64,000 nt of DNA from positions 928,001 through 992,000 of the forward strand of contig OZ252100.1 in NCBI GenBank assembly GCA_965248435.1. The letters are read 5' to 3'. Shown one piece after another: positions 10,233 through 20,151 of this stretch. Both the position numbers and the translations under genes were made by a program. Numbering within the stretch: position 1 is the stretch's first letter; each line of letters starts with the position of its first letter. This DNA comes from Candidatus Latescibacterota bacterium. GTDB lineage: Bacteria > Latescibacterota > UBA2968 > GCA-2709665. The notes beneath the pieces were generated by a model that was not told the origin of the DNA, made no database searches, and saw nothing but the letters and a program-made list of their open reading frames with translations.

Positions 10233-11203
10233 TATGACAAATCCTCAATGCGGCCAAAAGCCCTCAAGCTGATGAGGGTTTCTAGAGTCAGATGTCCGCG
10301 CCACTCATCTCTGGCTGCGGGCCACGCTTCAGGGAGGGTCTTGGACCAGTCCCAGGCCGGATCCCACGTGCCCTCGTCGCTCTGTGCTGCAACCGTATGG
10401 TCCAGGTGTGATTGTAGCTCCTCCCTTAACACACGTGCTGCCACAGATGTTGGGCTCGGTGCAGCCTTTAAAGGGGTAAGGCAGTACCCGGACCATTTCT
10501 CAGGCTCAAGCGTTATGACTTCTGGAAGCACCGCCTGAAGGTGCCGTTGCAGTCGCTCTCGATATCGAGACGACAACGCAGAAGCATCAGCGAGTTTAGC
10601 GGCATAGACAAACCCGTCTCCTCGAAGCGCATCGACCTGGGTTGTTTCTATGAAGTCTACACACGCTTCTGTCACATCCTCCAGCCAGTCATCAGATACT
10701 AAAGTCCGGAAGTGATGCAACGAGGCAAGAATCGATGCTCGGGGTATCACGCCGAAGCCAGAGAACATCCGGGCTACACTCCCATCTTCATCGTGCCACC
10801 ACCCGGCGTGTGGATAATTGTTTGCATCACCTGGTATGGCTCGCCAAACTTTTGAGATAGGCTCAAAAGTCCCAGAGAGGTAATTAACAGCTCCCGTAAC
10901 GATCGATGCGACTGGAGGACAGCAGACCTCTCTAAGGACCTCAAGAGCAATCCCTGTCGCAAGTGCCGACGAACTAGGCGTTCGCAGATCTGGCTCCAAT
11001 CCTCTACCAAATCCTCCGTCCTCGTTCTGGTATTCGGCAAGCACCTCGATTACCGCATCTTCTCGCCCACCTTCAAAACGATGCTTAAAGACCGCCCAAT
11101 CTACTGGCCTCGCCCTTCTTTCCAAGAATCCACGCGCTGCATCGTATCCGCTTTGAGTAAGCAGCTTCAAATTCACCACCTCCTGACACCTTTTGTTGGT
11201 CAA
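10232..11203 (-). CDS. hypothetical protein, prenyltransferase-like alpha/alpha barrel
   Basis: YQNEDGGFGRGLEPD and QSDEGTW repeats. Confidence 0.6.
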   Translation of the reverse strand: MTNKRCQEVVNLKLLTQSGYDAARGFLERRARPVDWAVFKHRFEGGREDAVIEVLAEYQNEDGGFGRGLEPDLRTPSSSALATGIALEVLREVCCPPVASIVTGAVNYLSGTFEPISKVWRAIPGDANNYPHAGWWHDEDGSVARMFSGFGVIPRASILASLHHFRTLVSDDWLEDVTEACVDFIETTQVDALRGDGFVYAAKLADASALSSRYRERLQRHLQAVLPEVITLEPEKWSGYCLTPLKAAPSPTSVAARVLREELQSHLDHTVAAQSDEGTWDPAWDWSKTLPEAWPAARDEWRGHLTLETLISLRAFGRIEDLS

Positions 11204-11832
11204 ATATCACGATAGACGTGGAACCGGTGACCATCGGTATCTCTAATTGTAAACTGCCTGGTCCCGTAAGGCATGTTTTCCAGGCCACTCACGATTTCGG
11301 CACCTGCTTTCTTGAATTCCTCATAGGTCGTATCGACATCTTCAGCATACATCCACTGAACAGTGGTCTGAAATCCCTTTTCCTTCCTGCTAAAGTAGAT
11401 GCTGGTCTCACCTCTTGTCACGCCACCAATGGACTTGTCTGGCGCGATCCACGCGATCTGGAATCCGAGCACATCGCGATAATAGGCTTGAGATGCTTCG
11501 ACATCAACGACGGGAAGCTGTGGAATTACGGGTGGGGCGTTGTGCACTTCATCTGGCGTGAGTGCTTCAACGTGCTGCTTGAGCTTTGTCCAACTGTCGA
11601 AACCATACTCCCTGGCGACGACCAGTTGGGCATCCTGCAGAACGAACCGATACGCTAGAACCTGATCTTCGGGTGCTGACTTCAGCTTTGGGAAGTGGGC
11701 CGAGATTCTGGTGACAGCAGTTCTGTCCCGGTCCTTAAACCCGTTGAGCAATTCTTTTGCCTGATTCTTCAGGTGCTCGACACTCGGGCGATCAGGAAGG
11801 GACTTCGGCGAGGAATTGTGAGGTGTAGGCAT
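11200..11832 (-). CDS. VOC family protein with N-terminal helical domain (LPDRPSVEHLKNQAK...AREYGFDSW)
   Basis: C-terminal YYRDVLGF...PYGTRQFTIRDTDG; N-terminal domain of the type seen ahead of ankyrin proteins. Confidence 0.75.
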   Translation of the reverse strand: MPTPHNSSPKSLPDRPSVEHLKNQAKELLNGFKDRDRTAVTRISAHFPKLKSAPEDQVLAYRFVLQDAQLVVAREYGFDSWTKLKQHVEALTPDEVHNAPPVIPQLPVVDVEASQAYYRDVLGFQIAWIAPDKSIGGVTRGETSIYFSRKEKGFQTTVQWMYAEDVDTTYEEFKKAGAEIVSGLENMPYGTRQFTIRDTDGHRFHVYRDI

Positions 11833-11959
11833 ACGAAAACCCTCTCTCTTTTGGGCCTGGCGTCCGCAACTCAGGCAAGAAAGAAGGTCTGAGAAGACCC
11901 TGCGAGGAGGTGGGCTAAGCCCTTCCCGCGGACTAGAAGCTGCCTATCAGCTCGACAGA

Positions 11960-11988
11960 AAAATAGCCCCTTATCCACAATTTGTCAA
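11960..11988 (-). promoter_or_regulatory. sigma70-type promoter with a DnaA box in the spacer
   Basis: TTGACA (11988-11983), 17 bp, TATTTT (11965-11960); TTATCCACA at 11971-11979. Confidence 0.6.
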
Positions 11989-12017
11989 GGGAAGGTTAAC
12001 ACAATAATTGACTCTGC

Positions 12018-12485
12018 CTACCGATTCAGATCAATCTCCATCACGACACGTTTCTCATCCAGGTACTCCACTTCTTCGTTCCCATGCCATCCGAGTTTCT
12101 CGTAGAAATTTGGTAAGGTACCTGAAGTATAGAGATACAGCTTCCGCCAATTCCGTCGTCTAGCTTCTTTTTCTACAGCACGAACCAGCTCAGACCCAAT
12201 CCCCCTTCCACGCGCTTCAGGATAGACATAAAGCTGACCCAACCACGGAGTCAGATCTTTTCGTACCGGCAAATCATTCGCAACTAGATTGACAGACCCA
12301 AGAACTCGCTCCCGCTCCAGTGCAAGTAGTGTGGCAGGCAGGCCATCGGTATTGATTCCACCTTGCAGGAACTCTTTATATCCCTCTAGGTCTTCCGAAC
12401 CTGTCAACGGTCCCCACAGCTCGAACTGTAGTGCCGCGAGCTGATCAAGGAACTGTTGGTGGCTCTTTAGGTAGTCGATTGTCAC
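12018..12485 (-). CDS. GNAT N-acetyltransferase
   Basis: LYVYPEARGRGIG, FYEKLGW. Confidence 0.88.
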   Translation of the reverse strand: MTIDYLKSHQQFLDQLAALQFELWGPLTGSEDLEGYKEFLQGGINTDGLPATLLALERERVLGSVNLVANDLPVRKDLTPWLGQLYVYPEARGRGIGSELVRAVEKEARRRNWRKLYLYTSGTLPNFYEKLGWHGNEEVEYLDEKRVVMEIDLNR

Positions 12486-12539
12486 AGTCTAATTTGCAGT
12501 CGGCAGGTCTTGCAAAGGTGACATCAGCCCGTCGGCGTA

Positions 12540-13715
12540 TCAACTGACGAGGTGGGTCGATTTTGCCTCTCTTGGTAACCACAAGATTGTGGCAAAGAAC
12601 GCAAGGAATGCAGGGGCTACTGCGATCAGGAACACTGGCGCAAAGATACCTGAATACTTGAAAACGGAAATCGCAATCAGGGGCCCAATGAACAATGACA
12701 GATCCATCATTGAATCGAAGGCACCCATAGAGGTGGCCATATACCTCTCATCGAAGTTATCCTTCGCGTAAACGAAAGCAAGAAGATATGTGACAGTTTC
12801 TCCAATACAGAATAGACCATAGTATGCAGCTAGTGAGAGAAAATTGTTACTGAATGCGAGGCCGATTCCTGCTGTAACAACGATCAGTTGAGATAGAATA
12901 ACAAAGACTCTTCGACCCAGCTTATCGGCAAGTATGCCAGTCAAATACGATGTGAGGCTAAATATGATCGCTCCCCCACTCAGAATTGCCCCGATTTCCC
13001 ACGCCTGCAGGCCGACATGCTGAGCCTTAGTGACCACAAAGCTGTAAAGGATTCCAAATGAGAACAATCCCGAAATCCCCATCAAGAGATAGAGATACAC
13101 CCGTGGATTCGAGAATGTCGAGCTAAGACCGCGAAATAGGCTCAGACCGTGAGGGGAAGCGACCTTTTCAGATCTACCTATGAGGTGAAAGACAGCAACG
13201 AATGCCAGCAGAGAAAGTATTCCATCTACAAGAAATGGGGTTCGGAGTGAGACAAGGGAGAACAAGCCCCCCAGTGCAGGAGCGACTGCAAATGAAAGAC
13301 CCTGGCTGCTCCTCAGAATCCCGAAAAACCTTCCAGGCCGGTCGGACCCAAGAGAAGCTGTTAAGGCAAGCAGAGCCGGCATTGCAATCGCATCAGCGAT
13401 ACCCCCGATCACGCGGAGAACGAGCAGTTGCACCCAGTCGGTGGCAACCACACACAACAACGACGATACGGCTCCTAACAGAGCACCAACCAGGATGAGA
13501 GCCTGCCTAGAATAGCGATCGGCTAAGATTCCAGTGAAAAATTGGACGAGGACCACTGTTGCCAAGGCTGCTGAAACTACAATTGGAACTCCCGCTGGTC
13601 CAGCCCCCAGTTCAACAGAGAGCTGCGGAAGCACGGGGACAGCAACCAAAGTACTGAGAAATAAGATGAATGCCATAACACCAACGGCATACATCTGGCC
13701 TAGATTTGTTCTCAC
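12540..13715 (-). CDS. MFS transporter
   Basis: About 12 TM; GILADRYSR and GILADKLGRR motif A. Confidence 0.9.
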   Translation of the reverse strand: MRTNLGQMYAVGVMAFILFLSTLVAVPVLPQLSVELGAGPAGVPIVVSAALATVVLVQFFTGILADRYSRQALILVGALLGAVSSLLCVVATDWVQLLVLRVIGGIADAIAMPALLALTASLGSDRPGRFFGILRSSQGLSFAVAPALGGLFSLVSLRTPFLVDGILSLLAFVAVFHLIGRSEKVASPHGLSLFRGLSSTFSNPRVYLYLLMGISGLFSFGILYSFVVTKAQHVGLQAWEIGAILSGGAIIFSLTSYLTGILADKLGRRVFVILSQLIVVTAGIGLAFSNNFLSLAAYYGLFCIGETVTYLLAFVYAKDNFDERYMATSMGAFDSMMDLSLFIGPLIAISVFKYSGIFAPVFLIAVAPAFLAFFATILWLPREAKSTHLVS

Positions 13716-13820
13716 TCTTGGCCGTCCTCTTGAGTGTAGGCAAGAAGAATGTTCTAAGAAGATTCTAACCTGATTGCTACCTGAACCAGGCGGTTACTGA
13801 ACAGTTTAATGTCACCCTAG

Positions 13821-14435
13821 TCAATTCCGTGCCTTAAACATATCTCTGGTGTTTCTCCTTGGGAATGGCTCATCTGGAACGCTATAACCCAGAAATTCAC
13901 ATAAGGGTCCCCAGCCCTGCGAGACCTCGTAGTCGAGCAGTCGCTCTTTACTGATGCTTCCCCGAACCTCGTCGCAGTATTGCCTATACCTTGCTATCGC
14001 GTAGTCCTTATCCTCGAATCGACCCTTGAAATAGCGTTCGAAGAAGACGCGCTTCACCATTGCCAATGCCGGCTCAGTCTCTCCCTTTGGCCCCATCACA
14101 ACTTGGTGAGTCGTGGAGAGCATGCTTTCGTACCAACTCTCTGGATCGCGCCTGAGCAGGAGCACCTTGGCGCTTGGAAAGCACTGCGCAAGTTCTCTCC
14201 AGTAGAGACAGGCCGGTGCGTCGAGTGTCGCCGCATACCCTGAGAATAGACTCTTCCAATCAGGCATCTTGCCGTCGCAGGTTGCATTCCAGATTTCAAT
14301 ATGCTCAGGGTTGAGGAACACCTCATGCATGTGGTAGCAGCGGCCTATGCCCAGATGTTCGAGGGCACTCTTTACAGACATTGTGCCCGTCCTTGGGAAG
14401 GCTGCGCCAACTAGCACCATTTTGTCATCTGTCAT
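13821..14435 (-). CDS. sulfotransferase family protein
   Basis: PRTGTMS, CYHM, RDPESWYES, GWGPLCEFLG. Confidence 0.85.
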   Translation of the reverse strand: MTDDKMVLVGAAFPRTGTMSVKSALEHLGIGRCYHMHEVFLNPEHIEIWNATCDGKMPDWKSLFSGYAATLDAPACLYWRELAQCFPSAKVLLLRRDPESWYESMLSTTHQVVMGPKGETEPALAMVKRVFFERYFKGRFEDKDYAIARYRQYCDEVRGSISKERLLDYEVSQGWGPLCEFLGYSVPDEPFPRRNTRDMFKARN

Positions 14436-14448
14436 TTAAGTGCTTCCT

Positions 14449-15401
14449 TTAAACCGAGCCTTCATCTGATTGTACAAAGTTCTCAAGTGCAGTGGCTTTC
14501 AGGTTGAATCGTCGAAAGTAACCTTCCTCGTATTTGGTGCCATCGTAATCTCTGATTGTGGAGCCCCCACTCTCAGATTCAGCACCTACGTGGATCATAT
14601 AGTGGTTTATCGCTAGATTGCGCCCGAAACGGTCTCTCAACTTGCTCGCCCATGCCTCAATTTGCTCCGTCTTGTGAGGTAACACCTCTTCGTATGCACC
14701 GACAAGCTCTTCGAATGCCCTTGACTCTCGAAATCCTCTGGTTAGCTCGACAGGCCTCCGAAGCAAGCACGACTCGACAGTTTTCAGGATTGTTGGGATG
14801 CCTTCGTTCTCGATTTGAATCAGATACAAGAAAGCCTGCCCGTCCTTCTCAAGCAAGGCTGGAATCTTGTTCAATAGTTGCTCAGCAGGACCGTTCCCAT
14901 CCACCCCAGCGTCGGAGTGCAGGGCTCCAACGACACCTTGGGGTGTGGCGACGAAGGGTGGGTTGGCGAAGATCGCATCAAACCTGCCAGGAGACTGAAA
15001 GCTGCTGAAATCTGAGACGGCTGTACAAACCCTGTTCGAAGGAAGGTTGTTTCTCTTAACATTCTTCAGAAGGAACTCCATTGCTCTTGGGTTGATGTCT
15101 ATGAAGGTGACCCTCTCGGCACCCAGCGATAAGGCGACCATCCCGAGTGGGCCCGACCCCGAAAACGGCTCCAGGATGTTTTGCCTCGGGCCAGCTCCGG
15201 ATGACGAGCCATATACCGCATCTGGATCCCACAGGCTTGTCCCAAAGCAATGACTCTGTTGCGGTCAGGTCGATCCAGCTTGTCCGTCTTGAAAATGAGG
15301 TTGCCAAATCTATAGACCCAAGAGTCTCCCTTCTCCCCAATGAACCTGAGTTTGGACACTTCATCCTGGCTGGTCAATGAGTTTTCATCCCTTTTTGACA
15401 A
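14449..15401 (-). pseudogene. class I SAM methyltransferase with a 1-nt frameshift
   Basis: PELARGK | ILEPFSGSGPLG join restored by one extra A in the AAAA run (15179-15182); NPPF motif downstream. Confidence 0.7.
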
Positions 15402-15470
15402 GTTTTCAGGCCCGATTTGCGTCTATCTTTATACAGCGCCAGACCCAAGGATTCATGAGAGTGATCTCAG

Positions 15471-16376
15471 ATGAAATTAGATGAAATTCTCGTTCAACGT
15501 GCTGCTAAGGGCTGCAGCCAAAGTTTCGACACTCTGGTGAAGAAGTATCAGACTGGGATTCTTTCACTCTGCTACGAGACCGTGGGCTCCTTTGCTGAAG
15601 CACAAGATTTGACCCAAGAAACTTTTGTGCGGGCATTTGAGCGGATTGATCAACTTAGGGAATCGAAAAGATTTGTTTGGTGGCTAAGGCGAATTGCTCT
15701 CAATCTGTGCTACTCTGCTACACGAAGCCAAGTCAGAACTGAGTCAGTTGAGCTTTTTTCTCATGACAGTCCTCCGGTTTCACTCAGATCTCAGGCCCGC
15801 CAACTAGAAGCACTGGAGGACGTCGAGAAGCGCAGGACCGTGATTGATCTCTTAGACATTCTTTCCGATAAGACTCGTATCACAGCAAGACTGTTCTACA
15901 TAGACGGGCTTTCCTACCAAGAAATCAGTGATCTTCTCAACATCACGGTTACGACCGTGGAGAGTCGCCTTCACAAGGCCCGACAGAAACTCAAGATTGA
16001 ATTTAGGGACGGATATTCTGATTCAAAGCGAAGAGGTGTTCTCCAGAGACTCACTGATATTGCAGGAGGTGACAGGAAAATGGACGAAGTCCGAATCGAA
16101 ATAGGCTGTGATCTTATTGCACACGCGAAGGACGAAAGCCCGGAGGGATTCTTGGCTCAAATTCGAGAATTGCGCAATGATCTGGCAAAAGCTCACAGAC
16201 TGGGGCTTCCGCCGGTTCGGATAATTGACAAGACCGGGTTACGACAAAGAGCCTTTGACATCCTAATTCGAGAGGTTCGGTGCAAGTCAGGAGAACTGAG
16301 TACGGAAGATTCTCACATAAAGGTCATTGAAGAATTGAGGGAGTCGATTCTGGAACAGCGAAATCTGTTTGACTAA
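15471..16376 (+). CDS. ECF sigma factor with C-terminal FlhA(FHIPEP)-like domain
   Basis: AQDLTQETFVRAF, VESRLHKARQKLK; tail IEIGCDLI...IRELRNDLA...LPPVRIID resembles the FlhA cytoplasmic domain start. Confidence 0.85.
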   Translation: MKLDEILVQRAAKGCSQSFDTLVKKYQTGILSLCYETVGSFAEAQDLTQETFVRAFERIDQLRESKRFVWWLRRIALNLCYSATRSQVRTESVELFSHDSPPVSLRSQARQLEALEDVEKRRTVIDLLDILSDKTRITARLFYIDGLSYQEISDLLNITVTTVESRLHKARQKLKIEFRDGYSDSKRRGVLQRLTDIAGGDRKMDEVRIEIGCDLIAHAKDESPEGFLAQIRELRNDLAKAHRLGLPPVRIIDKTGLRQRAFDILIREVRCKSGELSTEDSHIKVIEELRESILEQRNLFD

Positions 16377-16382
16377 TTAGCT

Positions 16383-18218
16383 CTAGACTTGCTGTTTTGT
16401 TTGATCTATCAGCCCGTCTAGACGGTTCACCAACTCGGCAAGGACGGCATATGTCTTGTCTATGGGTTCGGGGGTGGAGATGTCTATCCCACACAGTTTG
16501 AAAAGGTCCATGGTGTAGAGAGAGGAACCAGCTTTGAGGAAGTTGAGGTAATTTTCCCTGGCATCGTCCGAGCCCGACAGAACCCCTTCGGCCAGGGCAT
16601 GGGCGGCGCTGATGCCGACAGCATACTGGAAGGTATAGTAAGGCATGTAAAGATGGGCGAACTGGGCCCAGGTGATTTGAGTGCGATCAGGATCGTCGAT
16701 CATGGTGGCTCCATAACCTTCGGAAAAGAGGTCCTTCATAAGGCCGTTCAAGATGTCGGCAGTGAGGGGTTTGTTCTGTTCGGCTCGACAGTAGACTTCC
16801 CACTCGAAGCGGGCAAGCGTGGGCATGATAAAGAAGTAGCGGTGAAAATTGTCCATGGCTTCGTCGATGAGTGCCATCTGAAATGTGGGATCGTCAGCCT
16901 TTTCTTCCATCAGGTAGGCCCGGGTGACGGCTTGATTGAAATTAGATGCTGTTTCAGTGACCATGGCAATGGGAAACCCTTTATAGACGTCGGGCTGCGT
17001 CTGGTCAGCGAGGTACGAGTGCATCGCATGTCCAAGTTCGTGGGCCAGAACGCTCATATCCATCAGGGTATCGTTGTAGGAAGTAAACGCAAACGCGTAA
17101 CCATCAATCGAACCCGGGGCAGCTGCGCCCTGGCGCTTACCCTCGTTGGGGGCGTAGTCAACCCACCGGTCTTCGAGGCAGCCACGAAGGAGAATGGAAA
17201 CGTATTCATCACCCAAAGGGGCCATGCCCTTGCTGATCCAGTCTATGGCCTCTTCGTAAGGGACTTCCGTCTGATCTTCAACAATCGGTGCCCAGATGTC
17301 GTAAGGGTGAAGCGTTTCCACTCCCAAGGCCCGGCGCTTGACCTCCCAGTATCGGTGCCAGGTTGATAGGTTGGCTTTGTAGGAGTCGATCAGATTGTGA
17401 AAGACTTCGACGGGGACATTGCCGGGGAAGAGGCGCGACTCAAGGACAGAGTTGTAACCACGTACCCGAATGTTGAATGCCTGTTGTTTTACGAAGGTGG
17501 CGTAGTTGTTCGCCAAAGTATTTTTGAAGCTTAGGTAACCGTCGCTGAAATTTTCCCAGGCTGTGCGCCGCTGTTCACGGTCGGGACTCTGGATACCGGT
17601 GGGCGGAATGGTAGTCTGTCCCACGTGGTACAATCTACCACTGCTATCGATGGCCTCGGCGAATTTCAGGTCGGTGTTGGTGAGTTCGACCGCGGTCTGT
17701 GAAACACCCGAAAAAGGGTCGGCCAGCAGCCCTAGGATTTCTTCGACTTCTGCAGAGCGAAGGTGGGCTTTCTGGCGGAGCAGGTTGTCGAAGAAGTGCT
17801 TGTAAATGGCCAGACGCGGCTCTCGTTTGCACCACTGCAAGAGCGAGTCACCTATCTCAAGCATTTCGGGTTCGGCAAAGGCGGAGTTGGCAACAAACCT
17901 GGAGAACACACCAATAGCCAAGCCTTGCTTAGCTTTTGCAGTGATATCGTTGCTGTCCACGGAAGAAGACATGCTCAAGTAGATCCCTACCCGATTTAGC
18001 CGCCTGACCAAGGCGAAATAGGCGTCGAACCAGTCTGCCAGGACAGTGGGGCCGTCGCCTAGTTTACCGGCAAAGTCCGACAATGCAGGCAGGGCCTCTT
18101 CGACGGCATCCAGCTCCGTCTGCCACGTGTTCCAGGACTCAAACAGCGCCTCGGCGTTCCAGGTGCTTTTTTCTGGGACGTCTTTGCGTTTGAGGACTTG
18201 ACCCGTTTCCGACATCAA
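16383..18218 (-). CDS. pepF: oligoendopeptidase F (M3B)
   Basis: HELGHAMHS zinc motif, ETASNFNQ, YYTFQYA. Confidence 0.9.
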   Translation of the reverse strand: MMSETGQVLKRKDVPEKSTWNAEALFESWNTWQTELDAVEEALPALSDFAGKLGDGPTVLADWFDAYFALVRRLNRVGIYLSMSSSVDSNDITAKAKQGLAIGVFSRFVANSAFAEPEMLEIGDSLLQWCKREPRLAIYKHFFDNLLRQKAHLRSAEVEEILGLLADPFSGVSQTAVELTNTDLKFAEAIDSSGRLYHVGQTTIPPTGIQSPDREQRRTAWENFSDGYLSFKNTLANNYATFVKQQAFNIRVRGYNSVLESRLFPGNVPVEVFHNLIDSYKANLSTWHRYWEVKRRALGVETLHPYDIWAPIVEDQTEVPYEEAIDWISKGMAPLGDEYVSILLRGCLEDRWVDYAPNEGKRQGAAAPGSIDGYAFAFTSYNDTLMDMSVLAHELGHAMHSYLADQTQPDVYKGFPIAMVTETASNFNQAVTRAYLMEEKADDPTFQMALIDEAMDNFHRYFFIMPTLARFEWEVYCRAEQNKPLTADILNGLMKDLFSEGYGATMIDDPDRTQITWAQFAHLYMPYYTFQYAVGISAAHALAEGVLSGSDDARENYLNFLKAGSSLYTMDLFKLCGIDISTPEPIDKTYAVLAELVNRLDGLIDQTKQQV

Positions 18219-18234
18219 AACTCCGGTTACTCTG

Positions 18235-18263
18235 TGCGCCGAGCCGGGGGTACCGTGTTAGCG
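18235..18263 (-). repeat. attC-like remnant (one arm)
   Basis: gcgccgagccgggggtaccgtGTTAGCG just after the HIT stop. Confidence 0.55.
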
Positions 18264-18272
18264 GGCGTGCGT

Positions 18273-18749
18273 CTACGTTGACGACACTTCCGAGTCAGCT
18301 CGAATACGAGAACCAATCTCTTCCGCAATTTTCCCCAGTAACTCTTCAGAAACAGTCCTCCTGACTCCGGGAACTGCGTAATGGGCAGGATAGTCTGGAT
18401 CATCAAATTGGCATCCTGCAAATGTCCGGACTTTGCTGTAGCGGGGAATCAGATGGAAGTGAACATGCCGATCCTGATTTTGAAGAAAAGCGTAGTTGAA
18501 GTGATCTGGACTAAAGGCTTGAGTCAAAGCTCGAGAAGCTATGCGTATTTGCTGGTGCAAATCGACCCACTCATCCTCCAAAACCTCGCTGACGACTTCG
18601 GCGTGACGACGCAATACCAAGAAGCACTTACCCAGTAGGTTCTGATTCGTGTTGACAACAAGCATCCAACGCGAGCTTTGGGAGACTATGGGAGCCAATG
18701 CTGAATCACATAGTGCACATCCAGGTCTTGCATCAATGATATTTGACAC
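18273..18749 (-). CDS. HIT family protein
   Basis: HVHFHLIPRY; GTG 18749 (the ORF-track extension reads through an attC). Confidence 0.85.
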   Translation of the reverse strand: MSNIIDARPGCALCDSALAPIVSQSSRWMLVVNTNQNLLGKCFLVLRRHAEVVSEVLEDEWVDLHQQIRIASRALTQAFSPDHFNYAFLQNQDRHVHFHLIPRYSKVRTFAGCQFDDPDYPAHYAVPGVRRTVSEELLGKIAEEIGSRIRADSEVSST

Positions 18750-18774
18750 TGTCGATTTCCTAAAACCGCAAGGC

Positions 18775-18860
18775 GCGTAACGTTCTCGCCGTGCGTGAAC
18801 TGCCGAAGGCAAGTTGGGCGAGTGCCCGAATGGGCCGAGCCGGGCAACTGCTACTAGTGG
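18775..18860 (-). repeat. attC-like site, one core degenerate
   Basis: GCGTAACgttctcgccgtgcg..gaactgcc..ggcaagtt..gagccgggcaactgctactag. Confidence 0.65.
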
Positions 18861-18969
18861 CCGTGCGGCTCCGATGGGGCTTGCCAGATCATTGGAACTT
18901 TTCTATAAAGCTACTGGCGCCAAAATGGGTCTCTATACGTAGAAGGCCTTCTTTTAGTAAGGATGGGAG

Positions 18970-20121
18970 ATGGAAGAGCTAGATGCATTAGTAGTCCGGG
19001 CTCAAGCAGGCGATCTGGCCGCTTTTGACACAATTGTTCTGCGATTCCAGGACATGGCAGTGGCCTATGCCTGCTCGCAACTGAATGATTTCCAATTAGC
19101 CCAAGATGTCGCTCAGGAAGCGTTTATTTGTGCCTTCCTAAATCTAGAAAAGGTGCGAGACCCTTCCGCATTTCCAGGATGGTTTCGCCGAGCGATCTTG
19201 ACTCAGTGTGACCGACTTACTCGGAGAAAGCAACTTTCAACTGAACAGCTAGATGAGACCGGTGATGTGGCCTCCGACCAAAAACGCCCCGACGAACTTC
19301 TGGATGAACGGAATCTAAAAGAAGAGGTGCTGACCGCGATCGAAGCGCTTCCAGAGTCTGAGCGTGCTGTTGTTTTGCTTTTCTACATCGCCGAGCACTC
19401 TCAGAAGGAAATTGCCTCTTTCCTGGAAATTGCCGTAACGAAAGTCAACAATCGGCTCCACACTTCCAGGAAGCGGCTGAGAAAGGAGTTGAGGAAGATG
19501 GAAAGCAAGAACTTACGACCTTCGCGAGACCAGGAATTTAGCGAAAAAGTGCGGAAGCACTTGAAGGGCCTAGAGAAACTTCACAGCAAGTTGGCGAGTT
19601 TGATGGGAGCGCTCATTTCGGTTGGACTGGGAACTAGCACGCAAGTAAAAGTCGCATCAGTGAATCAAGAAACATATGTCGATTTCATCGAATCTTTGCC
19701 TAATCCCAGTTGCGCTTTGACATTCAGGCTAGCACCGTCAGAAGGTAGAGTAACATTCAATATCCCAATGTCACTTGCTTGGGGGCTTCTGGACCATCTG
19801 AATCATCCAGAGGCGGCCCAAAGATTTCACAGAGAACAGAAAGTAGTCTGGGAAGAGATACAGCCTCTGGTTCCTTTTTTTAAACAAGCGGTGAAAAATC
19901 TTAGTCCCACCTGGGAAATGGAGCTCGATGTGGAAGCTTCAAAGATTGTAGTAGACACAAATCCTTTGTTGTTATTGGCCCAACCGGAGATCCGGAGTGC
20001 CGACCCGATCGAAACGGTAGTCCACCTAAGGCTTGACGTGAAGACGGAGGGAATCTCAGTCATGCTTAGCTTGTGTTATCCACCAGACATTCTGAGGTCT
20101 CTACTCCCATATCTCAACTAG
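18970..20121 (+). CDS. ECF sigma factor with C-terminal FliM-middle-like domain
   Basis: AQDVAQEAF, VNNRLHTSRKRL; tail LEKLHSKLA...VASVNQETYVDFIESLPNPS...LSLCYP. Confidence 0.87.
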   Translation: MEELDALVVRAQAGDLAAFDTIVLRFQDMAVAYACSQLNDFQLAQDVAQEAFICAFLNLEKVRDPSAFPGWFRRAILTQCDRLTRRKQLSTEQLDETGDVASDQKRPDELLDERNLKEEVLTAIEALPESERAVVLLFYIAEHSQKEIASFLEIAVTKVNNRLHTSRKRLRKELRKMESKNLRPSRDQEFSEKVRKHLKGLEKLHSKLASLMGALISVGLGTSTQVKVASVNQETYVDFIESLPNPSCALTFRLAPSEGRVTFNIPMSLAWGLLDHLNHPEAAQRFHREQKVVWEEIQPLVPFFKQAVKNLSPTWEMELDVEASKIVVDTNPLLLLAQPEIRSADPIETVVHLRLDVKTEGISVMLSLCYPPDILRSLLPYLN

Positions 20122-20151
20122 AGCGGCCAACTTCGTTTTTCGCACAATGCA

